DNA from: Nitrospirota bacterium
Lineage (GTDB): Bacteria; Nitrospirota; Thermodesulfovibrionia; Thermodesulfovibrionales; SM23-35
NCBI GenBank assembly: GCA_040757475.1
Contig: JBFLWW010000004.1
Span: 31,676-95,675 of the forward strand
Length of the DNA: 64,000 bases
Direction: 5' to 3'
Under the pieces are notes generated by a model that did not search any database, had not been told where the DNA came from, and worked only from the letters and a program-made list of their open reading frames with translations. Both the position numbers and the translations under genes were made by a program. Below are positions 16,641 through 24,689 of the stretch, piece by piece. Position 1 is the first letter of the stretch. Every line of letters begins with the position of its first letter.

Positions 16641-18382
16641 TGCTTTTTATAGATATCATCGATCTTTTCTTGCAATTCGACGGTTAACCTAATAGCCTTT
16701 GCAACTTTTATATAATGATTTATCTCATCAAGTGATAATTTTCGACCTTTTCTATCCTTCAAATATTTCTCCATTACCTGATAAGAACCAATACGGTATT
16801 CCCAGACTTCTTTAGAAACTCCCTCAAAATATTGCTTCTTGTTTAGAAAAACCCTCTGGTTAGCTTCATCATAAACGACCTTTTCAACTTTATTTGAGCC
16901 ACCTTCTGGAAAACCGATTTCGGTCCTATCAAGCGACGGATGCTTCAGCAAATGAAGGTCAACAAGTTCTTTCCCAAGATTGCTTAGTTTCTTAAATGAC
17001 TCACGATTTGAAGGCAAAGGGATTCTCGGAAAATCTATCTTGAGAAATTCCTCATATCGTTTCCGGTAAGTCGGAGAATAAAGGATTGCATAAATATAAT
17101 AGAAAATTTGTTCAGGTGTTGGAGACTTCTTAAGGGCTTTTGTTAACTGCTCAATTAATGTGGGAGAAATATTAGGCTTTTTAATATGATATTCTGCCAT
17201 TGGCTCAAAGAGAAGCATAAAGGTTTTGAGTGATTTTTTAGGATTGTCTCTTTTGGTCTCATAAATATAAAGTGGAAAGAAATAATTCTGGTCACCAATT
17301 ATATGTATATCTCCAATATTATTACATACAAAAGCAGGAATTCCAAATGTTTCTGGCATTCTTCTCGTTGTTACTAATCCGATATTTTCCTCAAAAAAGT
17401 TTTTCATTAAATCCCATCTGTCACATCCCCTGTCAATCAAATCTGGCAGATAGCAAATATATCTATTATCAAAAGGGCGATAGGCATATAGTCTGATAAA
17501 GTCTTTCCAGTCAGCCTTCTTTGCCTTTTCTTTTGCGGTGTTTAATTTCCAGTCACGCGTATCTTTTAAATCCAGTGCCTGCCTTATCAGTTCATAAGGC
17601 AAGTTGCTGGTAAAAGTTCTCATCCTCTGTTTGATTTCTTCTCTTGTAAATCCAACAACAAAATGGTCACGGTGAGTTTTCACACCACTCGACCATTCTT
17701 TAAATATCTCAGTCACCTTCCAAAACTTTTCATACTCAGCCTGCAAGGCAAAATCTTTTGGAATAAAGAAATAGTAAGGTGAAACAGGTTCAAGCTCTTG
17801 CCACCGTGTTGTTATCACATCGTTTTCAAAAAGGTATGCATATTTTTCCTTTCTCAGTCCCCAGAGGTCGGCATAATAGACTTTTTTCTTTTTCTGAGAT
17901 TTTTCTAATTTTACATATAAAGCAACAGAAACTCCCTGCTGGATGTCAAAAACATTCTCATCTCTGCCACCTTCAGGGGTCCTTTCTCCGATTCTCGATG
18001 AGCCGTGGAGGTTAAGAATATAAATCTCATCAAAGGCATCTAAAAGCTTTCTCCTCATGCCGCGATGGATTACTCCGGAAAGATAAGAGTTATTGGTAAT
18101 AAAACCTAACACCCCCTTGCCTGCCTGGTTTATCTTCCAGTGGGCAAAGCGGATGAACTTTATATAATCGTCAGAAAGGGGCTGGATATTCCGCTCATCC
18201 CTCACATCCTCTTTATAATCCTCCATCAGTTTTTCGATAAATTCTGACTTATTCTCTGAGCTGACAGAATAGGGAGGATTCCCGAAGATAACAAGGATAG
18301 GGACTTTTTCCTTTATCCTCTTTGCCTCCTGTCCTTCTTTTGCAAGGTCAATAAGAAAACTTACCTGCTTGGGCTCTTTCAT
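16637..18382 (-). CDS. type IIG/ISP-like R-M enzyme, C-terminal part (NPPY catalytic motif plus type-ISP-like specificity domain)
   Basis: VIFGNPPYSVSS (motif IV). C-terminal W-EYRIGSYQVMEKYLKDRKGRKLSLDE tail. It is in the same frame as 18407-19729, separated by one TAA plus 8 sense codons. Confidence 0.8.
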   Translation of the reverse strand: MKEPKQVSFLIDLAKEGQEAKRIKEKVPILVIFGNPPYSVSSENKSEFIEKLMEDYKEDVRDERNIQPLSDDYIKFIRFAHWKINQAGKGVLGFITNNSYLSGVIHRGMRRKLLDAFDEIYILNLHGSSRIGERTPEGGRDENVFDIQQGVSVALYVKLEKSQKKKKVYYADLWGLRKEKYAYLFENDVITTRWQELEPVSPYYFFIPKDFALQAEYEKFWKVTEIFKEWSSGVKTHRDHFVVGFTREEIKQRMRTFTSNLPYELIRQALDLKDTRDWKLNTAKEKAKKADWKDFIRLYAYRPFDNRYICYLPDLIDRGCDRWDLMKNFFEENIGLVTTRRMPETFGIPAFVCNNIGDIHIIGDQNYFFPLYIYETKRDNPKKSLKTFMLLFEPMAEYHIKKPNISPTLIEQLTKALKKSPTPEQIFYYIYAILYSPTYRKRYEEFLKIDFPRIPLPSNRESFKKLSNLGKELVDLHLLKHPSLDRTEIGFPEGGSNKVEKVVYDEANQRVFLNKKQYFEGVSKEVWEYRIGSYQVMEKYLKDRKGRKLSLDEINHYIKVAKAIRLTVELQEKIDDIYKKQ

Positions 18383-18406
18383 CTCTAAGGTATTGGTGAG
18401 ATAGAA

Positions 18407-19729
18407 TTAAAACCTCTCACCCTCTTTGAAGCGATAACCCATCTCTTCGAGAACCATGGAGACCTTGAAATGTCCTACAGTATAAGGAGCAACAAGAATC
18501 TCAAAGGCATGAAAATGGGGCAGAATATGCTCTTCCATGTAAGATTTAATAAGCCCTTCCTTCTTTTTCTCTTCCAGTTCTTTCTGAACCTGTTTGATTG
18601 CCTGAACTACAAATGTGAGAGTTCCAGCAGCAGGGTCAAGGAGAGTTATATCATCTGTGGCAAGTCCTTCGACTTTCCCGAACCTTTCTTTCAACAATTT
18701 ATGAATTGATCTCACAATGTATGAAACAACAGGCAGTGGTGTATAGTAGACCCCTAATCTTTCTCTCTCCTTTGGGTTATAAGTTGCGAGAAAGGTCTCG
18801 TAAAAATGAATTACAGGGTCTTCATCCCATCGAGTGGTCTTGAATTCTTTAAGTATTGAAGAAATCTCCGCTTTTTCAAGAACCTGACTTATATCATCAA
18901 CAATCCATGTTAGTGACTCAGGGAAATGAGGACCTGTCATAGAATGGAATATCTCTTTGAGCAAGGGTAAACTTTCAGGTATGAATTTCCATGCAATCTC
19001 TCTTTTAAACCCGTTTCGAACCTTCATCCTTGCAGCAAAAAGCCCGTAAGTTATTGTCTGTGCATAAAGGTCAGCAAACCTATCTTTTGTCAAAGTTTCT
19101 ATAAGTTCTTCCTGAAAAGCTTTATAAAACCTTGTTACTTCTTCATTTTCTCTTGAAAGCTCATCCTGTAAGATGTGTTCAAGGAATCGAGTTCTCTTTG
19201 CAAGTTGTACGGAAAGGTCAGATGATTTCTGGATCTCAGGAGTTGAGAATAAGAAGAATTTTTGTAAAAGATTAAGAAATGAATCCAATTTTTCAGGGGC
19301 AGGAGGATGTTTCAAACTCTTTAAAGTGAACTGGCGTCCTGCTTCAACCTTATCTATAAGGTTTCCATATCTATATAACCTGAATTCCAGGAAATTCGTT
19401 AAGATAAGGTTTGGTAAAGAATCCCTGTATCTCTTGAGCTGATCTGAATCTTCAATCTCACTGAGGTTTGTATCTGGTGTCTTTGCTTCAATATAGCCTA
19501 TTATTTCACCGTTCTTACCGATACGAAAATCGGGGATGCCTACTTCTGTCTTTCTTGGGAGAACAAGCACACTTGCAAAAGCTTCTAATCTAAAAATATG
19601 TGAAAACTCTTCAAAAAATCTCTTAAGGGTTTGTAGTTCTTCAACTGCTCCACCTGATGCTGGAAGAATTTTAAGCTCTCTTCCGAGAAGGTCTAATAAA
19701 GGTGTAATTGAAGCTAAAGGATTAGGCAT
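18407..19729 (-). CDS. type IIG/ISP-like R-M enzyme, N-terminal part (PD-ExK-like motif plus AdoMet-binding half of the N6-adenine MTase)
   Basis: IPDFRIGKNGEIIGYIEAK (D…EAK), FADLYAQTITYGLFAAR, GVYYTP and LLDPAAGTLTF (motif I). It ends at an in-frame TAA (18407-18409). Confidence 0.8.
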   Translation of the reverse strand: MPNPLASITPLLDLLGRELKILPASGGAVEELQTLKRFFEEFSHIFRLEAFASVLVLPRKTEVGIPDFRIGKNGEIIGYIEAKTPDTNLSEIEDSDQLKRYRDSLPNLILTNFLEFRLYRYGNLIDKVEAGRQFTLKSLKHPPAPEKLDSFLNLLQKFFLFSTPEIQKSSDLSVQLAKRTRFLEHILQDELSRENEEVTRFYKAFQEELIETLTKDRFADLYAQTITYGLFAARMKVRNGFKREIAWKFIPESLPLLKEIFHSMTGPHFPESLTWIVDDISQVLEKAEISSILKEFKTTRWDEDPVIHFYETFLATYNPKERERLGVYYTPLPVVSYIVRSIHKLLKERFGKVEGLATDDITLLDPAAGTLTFVVQAIKQVQKELEEKKKEGLIKSYMEEHILPHFHAFEILVAPYTVGHFKVSMVLEEMGYRFKEGERF

Positions 19730-19759
19730 CGCTTAAAAGTATATCAAATACTCTAACAT

Positions 19760-20280
19760 TATTTTCCATTGTGCCCTTATATGAAATCAAATAGATAATC
19801 ACTTGGATTCTCTTTTGGCCATCCTGAGATATATTCTAAAATTGCATCTGCAATCCCTTTAAAATCATTTAATTTGTAGGACGACGAGACTATCAGTACA
19901 CCTTTCCTGTTCGTCCAATCTCATGCACGCTAATGGCATTTATGCCTTTCTCTCTAAGAATAACTGCTATTTGTGGGCTCAGGTCTTCATCCAGAAGGAG
20001 TTTCATCCCTTCTTCCTAACAAATGGAAGTTCAGAATGAGCGTTCTCTTTACTCCATGCCCTGTTTTTCTCTATCAAACTTTCTGTCTCATCGGGGTATG
20101 TCTTTGCATAGCCGATTGCTGCCATAATCTGTCTGTCGGTGAGCCAGTGAAACGCATCTTTTAATGCCCTGATATCTCTGATGTTAGACTTGAGAAAGTC
20201 TCTTTTTTCATATGTAAAAGACTTTTCACATCAGCTAAGGTCTCTTTGTCTATACGGATACTTTTTACAATGCTCCCCAT
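19760..20280 (-). pseudogene. decayed DUF433/DUF5615 toxin-antitoxin pair
   Basis: From ATG 20280 (GGAGGATAAA upstream) there is a 39-codon ORF. A shifted frame then reads …HWLTDRQIMAAIGYAKTYPDETESLIEKN (DUF433-like). MKLLLDEDLSPQIAVILREKGINAISVHEI follows (DUF5615-like, stop after 37 aa, 19893-20006). Confidence 0.55.
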
Positions 20281-20306
20281 TTTATCCTCCATAAATTGAT
20301 GTATAC

Positions 20307-20329
20307 ATAATATTACATTGTAATATTAT
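20307..20329. promoter_or_regulatory. perfect 11-1-11 palindrome upstream of the decayed TA operon (candidate operator)
   Basis: ATAATATTACA-T-TGTAATATTAT lies 27-49 nt upstream of ATG 20280, directly after the livG stop. Confidence 0.4.
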
Positions 20330-20347
20330 TGCCAAGATGTCTTAGCA

Positions 20348-21121
20348 CTAATGCTCTTTTCCAAGATATGCCTCTATAACCATCTGATCCCTTCTTATAT
20401 TAGCAGGGAGTCCTTCTGCAATCTTTACACCGTGGTCGAGCACAGCAATCCAGTCAGATATTCCCATAACCACCTGCATATCATGCTCTATCAGCAAGAC
20501 CGTCTTGCCGAGCTCTTTTAAATTTTTTATGAGACTCATAATCTCTGATGTCTCCTGGGGGTTCATCCCTGCTGTAGGTTCATCGAGCAATATCAACGAC
20601 GGCTCTGTTGCTAATGCCCTTGCAATCTCCAGCCTTCTCTGCGCACCGTATGGAAGGTTTGCGGAGATTGTATCAGCATAGTCTGATAGACCCACAAGCT
20701 CGAGATATTCGATGGATTTTTCTTTTATAATCTTCTCCTCATCACGAAACTTTTTCCATCGGGTGATCGAACCGATAAGACCTGAATGTGTTCTGTGATG
20801 TTGTGCAACCATCACATTCTCTATAACAGACATCTCTTTAAAAAGTCTAATATTCTGGAATGTCCTTGATATACCGAGCCTGACAATGCTATGTGGTGGA
20901 AGTCCGGTAAGGTTAGTATTAGAGAAATAGATTCTCCCTTTTGTGGGTTTTGTAAGTCCAGTGAGGCAGTTAAAGATTGTTGTCTTACCTGCACCATTTG
21001 GCCCTATGATGCTCATTATGATACCCTCTTTTACCCTGAAGCTCACCTCTTCAACAGCCTTTATTCCGCCGAAGTGTTTTGATAAATCCCTAACTTCTAA
21101 GAGATACACCTTTACCTCCAA
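20348..21121 (-). CDS. livG: branched-chain amino acid ABC transporter ATP-binding protein LivG
   Basis: Walker A GPNGAGKTT, signature LPYGAQRRLEIA, Walker B LILLDEPTAG and the LivG-specific extra segment. Confidence 0.9.
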   Translation of the reverse strand: MEVKVYLLEVRDLSKHFGGIKAVEEVSFRVKEGIIMSIIGPNGAGKTTIFNCLTGLTKPTKGRIYFSNTNLTGLPPHSIVRLGISRTFQNIRLFKEMSVIENVMVAQHHRTHSGLIGSITRWKKFRDEEKIIKEKSIEYLELVGLSDYADTISANLPYGAQRRLEIARALATEPSLILLDEPTAGMNPQETSEIMSLIKNLKELGKTVLLIEHDMQVVMGISDWIAVLDHGVKIAEGLPANIRRDQMVIEAYLGKEH

Positions 21122-22184
21122 GTAATCCCTGCGGTCTGAATATCATCAGGAGTACGAGTCCACTTCCGAGTGCAAGCATCCTATAAAGTTGAACCTCGCG
21201 CAGAATCTCAGGGAGTAAGACTAAAATGATAGCACCCAAAATAACACCAGGAATGCTTCCGAGCCCACCGAGGATGACCATGATCAGTATCAGGACAGAC
21301 TCCATAAATGTAAAACTTTCTGGAGATACAAATTGCATCTTGCCTGCGAATATGACGCCTGCAAATCCAGCCCAAAAGGCACCAAAGGCAAATGCATAGA
21401 GTTTGTACATGGTTGTGTTTATGCCCATGGTAGATGAGGCAATCTCATCTTCTCTTATAGCAACCCATGCCCTTCCTATCCTTGAAGAATAGACCCTCCT
21501 TGTTATGAAAACAGTCAAGATAACAAATAATAAAACAAAATAGTAGTAGAATGAGAGTTTACTTAGAGATATTGACATAATTACCGGAGGAGCAATCCCT
21601 GATATCCCATTTGGTCCCCTTGTCATACTATCCCAGTTATTCAGGATGAGTCGCACTATTTCACCAAAACCCAGTGTAACAATTGCGAGGTAATCACCCC
21701 TCAGTCGCAATGCAGGTATTGCAAGGAGGAATCCAGCAACTGTTGTAAGTCCTATAGAAAAAGGTAAGGCTGACCAGAAATCAAGTCCGAATTTTGTATT
21801 CAGAAGGGCATAGGTATAAGCACCTATCGCATAGAATGCCACAAACCCTAAGTTCAGAAGGCCTGCGAAACCGACCACCACATTCAGCCCGAGTGCAAGG
21901 ATGATATAAATACCTGCGAGTATAGCCACATCAATAAAGTAGTCTGTGGTAATAAACGGGAAGATAAAGAGGGATAATAGTAACAAGTAACGGGTGACGA
22001 GTAACAAGTAACGGGTCAGAGGTATAGCAGGAAACTTGGCCTTTTTGAGGTGCTTTAAAAGGGAATTTGTAAAAGGGATAATGATTGAAAGTGCAATGAA
22101 AAGTATTGCTGCTGCCTTAATCCCTTTAAATGGAAGAAAGAGTATGGAGAACCACAGAGCGATTAATATGAATCTTACCCTCAT
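21090..22184 (-). CDS. livM: branched-chain amino acid ABC transporter permease LivM
   Basis: Polytopic membrane protein with the LivM pattern (GFAGLLNLGFVAFYAIGAY…). The N-terminal region contains heptamer-encoded PLTRYLLLVTRYLLLL. Confidence 0.9.
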   Translation of the reverse strand: MRVRFILIALWFSILFLPFKGIKAAAILFIALSIIIPFTNSLLKHLKKAKFPAIPLTRYLLLVTRYLLLLSLFIFPFITTDYFIDVAILAGIYIILALGLNVVVGFAGLLNLGFVAFYAIGAYTYALLNTKFGLDFWSALPFSIGLTTVAGFLLAIPALRLRGDYLAIVTLGFGEIVRLILNNWDSMTRGPNGISGIAPPVIMSISLSKLSFYYYFVLLFVILTVFITRRVYSSRIGRAWVAIREDEIASSTMGINTTMYKLYAFAFGAFWAGFAGVIFAGKMQFVSPESFTFMESVLILIMVILGGLGSIPGVILGAIILVLLPEILREVQLYRMLALGSGLVLLMIFRPQGLLGGKGVSLRS

Positions 22185-23098
22185 ACCGCCCTGCCGAAGA
22201 GCCCCCCTGGTTTGAGAAGAAGGATTATTATCAGGATAATAAACGCATAGGCATCCTTGTATTCACTCGATATGTAACTTGCACCGAGGCTTTCGACAAG
22301 TCCGAGGAGAATACCTCCAAACATTGCACCTGGTATGCTGCCTATTCCACCGAGGACCGCAGCAGTAAAAGCCTTTATGCCTGCAATATACCCGATAAAA
22401 TAGTTGACAAGGCCATAGTACATGGCAACCATAAGACCTGCTACAGCAGCAAGGCCCGAACCGATGATGAATGTCATTGAGATAACAGTATCTATGTTGA
22501 TGCCCACAAGAGAGGCCATTGTCTTGTCCTGTGCAACCGCCCTCATTGCCTTACCCATTCTCGTCTTTATCACAAATAGATGCAGGGATATCATCAATAT
22601 TGTAGATGTGAGTATAATAAAGAGTTGCAGGTAGGTCATCCTCACTGACATGAACTCGAATCCGGCGATTCCAAATAGATGTGGAAAGACCTTGTCTGTA
22701 GCACCCTGTGTGAGCATTATATAGTTCTGCAGGAATATGGAAACACCAATAGCGCTTATGAGTGGGCTCAACCGAGGAGCTTTTCTCAGAGGCTTGTAGG
22801 CTATCTTTTCTATTGTAAACCCGTAAGAGGAACAAAAGATTATGGATAGAAGAAAAGTAAGCATCAGGCTGAGTGGAAGGCTGTAGGAGGTTAGTCCAAT
22901 GGCTGTAAAAAATCCGAGAAATACGATGCCAAGGTATGCACCGAGCATATAAATCTCACCATGGGCAAAATTGATAAGTTCGAGGATGCCGTAGACCATA
23001 GTATACCCAAGTGCGATGAGTGCATACACACCACCTAATGTCAGGCCATTTATTAATTGCTGTAAAAACACAGAGAATTTTAACAGAAAAAATACCAA
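22181..23098 (-). CDS. livH: branched-chain amino acid ABC transporter permease LivH
   Basis: LQQLINGLTLGGVYALIALGYTMVYG is the typical LivH N-terminus. It overlaps livM by 4 nt. Confidence 0.9.
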   Translation of the reverse strand: MVFFLLKFSVFLQQLINGLTLGGVYALIALGYTMVYGILELINFAHGEIYMLGAYLGIVFLGFFTAIGLTSYSLPLSLMLTFLLSIIFCSSYGFTIEKIAYKPLRKAPRLSPLISAIGVSIFLQNYIMLTQGATDKVFPHLFGIAGFEFMSVRMTYLQLFIILTSTILMISLHLFVIKTRMGKAMRAVAQDKTMASLVGINIDTVISMTFIIGSGLAAVAGLMVAMYYGLVNYFIGYIAGIKAFTAAVLGGIGSIPGAMFGGILLGLVESLGASYISSEYKDAYAFIILIIILLLKPGGLFGRAV

Positions 23099-23158
23099 AG
23101 AGCAACTCTACACAGAACATTGACTTACAGATACATATTGTATATAAAATATCCATAA

Positions 23159-24586
23159 ATGCTCAGAAATTATTTCCTTAACCTCTCACTGAATAGAAAA
23201 CTAATCGGGATGATGCTCTTCCTCAGCCTCATCCTCGTCTCGATACTGCTCTTTTTTTATGGCCAGACAGAAAAGGCCCTGCTTGCAGAACTCGAAAAAC
23301 AGACAGCAGACCTTTCAAAAGCGATTCAGGTTGGTGTTGAAGAGGTCACAGGCAGTGGCCCTACCGATGAGATGCGGCTTTACAATTATCTCCAGAAATT
23401 GAATGCTAAAGGTGTAAAAGAGATTTCTATTATCAGTAATACAGATGAGATTATTGCGAGCACAAACCCGATGAAGGTTGGAGAACCTGTCAGCCCGAAG
23501 AAAAAGCAGCGCATCATAAAGGCAGAACTTGGAGAGCCTGTTTCCAAAGAGGGAAAGGTCTATAATGTTATCCTCCCAGTAGTTGCCGGTAATGCGCATT
23601 ACGGGTATATTCATCTGAAAATAAATATAGATGACTTTTCAAAAGTCCTCAGGATGAGTGCTATAAAAAGGGTGGCTGCAGCCTTTTTTGTATTCGGCCT
23701 TGGCGTAATTATCACAATGTTTCTTTCATGGATGTACACAAAGCCGATACATAATATAGTTAATGCTGCACAGAGGGTGGCAGCAGGTGACCTCAATCAG
23801 GACCTTACAACAGACAGGAAGGATGAGATAGGAGAGCTGACACAGAGTTTTAGCTTTATGGTTCAGAAACTCAGGGAGGAACGTGCACTCGAGGAAAAAC
23901 TACGAGAGGCCGAACACCTGTCAGGGATAGGGCAGCTTTCAAAAAGTATAGCACATGAATTGAGGAATCCCCTTAATTTTATAAGCCTGAGTATAGACCA
24001 TTTAAGGGAAAGATATGCACCATCAGAAAGGGATAAAAAAGAGCAGTTTGAATCACTCATGGCAAGTATAAAACAGGAGATACAGCGACTCAATAACCTT
24101 GTTAGAGATTTCCTTGACTATGGAAAGCCGTTAAAACTGGATATCCAGGAGACTGATGTCAGTAAGATTATCGATGACCTTATAGAATTAGTACGAGTAA
24201 AGGCGCAAAAGGATGGTATCAAGATACATCGTCAATTTGGAGAGCTTCCCAAACTCTATTTAGACCCTGAATTAATCAAGACATGTATATTTAATGTTAT
24301 CCTCAACGCATTTCAGGCAATGCCTGCTGGAGGAGACCTTACTGTAAGCACAGAGGCATCTGACAACAGGTTTTCTATTATCATTGAGGATACAGGTATC
24401 GGTGTTTCTAAGGAGAATCTGCCAAAGGTCTTTGAGCCATTTTTCTCAACGAGGAATACAGGACTTGGCCTCGGTCTCGCTATGACAAAAAGGGTTGTCG
24501 AGGAACACAGCGGCAGGGTATATTTCCAAAGTGAGGAAGGTAAAGGGAGCACTGTAATAATATCATTACCTGTAAAAAAAATTTAA
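23159..24586 (+). CDS. sensor histidine kinase (TM, HAMP, HisKA, HATPase_c)
   Basis: HAMP-like segment, H-box SIAHELRNPL, N-box NVILNAFQA, G-boxes EDTGIGV and GLGLGLA. Confidence 0.85.
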   Translation: MLRNYFLNLSLNRKLIGMMLFLSLILVSILLFFYGQTEKALLAELEKQTADLSKAIQVGVEEVTGSGPTDEMRLYNYLQKLNAKGVKEISIISNTDEIIASTNPMKVGEPVSPKKKQRIIKAELGEPVSKEGKVYNVILPVVAGNAHYGYIHLKINIDDFSKVLRMSAIKRVAAAFFVFGLGVIITMFLSWMYTKPIHNIVNAAQRVAAGDLNQDLTTDRKDEIGELTQSFSFMVQKLREERALEEKLREAEHLSGIGQLSKSIAHELRNPLNFISLSIDHLRERYAPSERDKKEQFESLMASIKQEIQRLNNLVRDFLDYGKPLKLDIQETDVSKIIDDLIELVRVKAQKDGIKIHRQFGELPKLYLDPELIKTCIFNVILNAFQAMPAGGDLTVSTEASDNRFSIIIEDTGIGVSKENLPKVFEPFFSTRNTGLGLGLAMTKRVVEEHSGRVYFQSEEGKGSTVIISLPVKKI

Positions 24587-24678
24587 AATTTAAAATTAAA
24601 AATGCAAAATTAAGGAATTTTTGAATTTTGATTTGAAATTTTGAGTTTTTCATTTTGCATTTTGAATTTTTTAAATAG
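24580..24678. repeat. heptanucleotide-repeat inverted element (AAAATTT AAAATTT AAAATTA AAAATGC … ATTTTGC ATTTTGA)
   Basis: Period-7 units sit between the kinase stop and the regulator start. The A-rich half is followed by a complementary T-rich half. Confidence 0.7.
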
Positions 24679-24689
24679 GGAGGAACAAA

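Noticed and set aside
18407-18409. In-frame stop in the R-M gene as programmed recoding (selenocysteine/pyrrolysine)
   Set aside because: The codon is TAA, not TGA or TAG. No SECIS-like hairpin follows. A nonsense mutation or a sequencing error is more parsimonious.
12022-20347. Calling the island a mobile element (ICE, prophage or transposon)
   Set aside because: No integrase, transposase, recombinase or phage structural gene is present, and there are no terminal inverted repeats. Only the livF direct repeat and internal junction repeats are seen.
24580-24678. Heptamer arrays considered as CRISPR arrays
   Set aside because: The repeat unit is 7 nt with no 25-40-nt repeat/spacer alternation. 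No cas genes are in the window.
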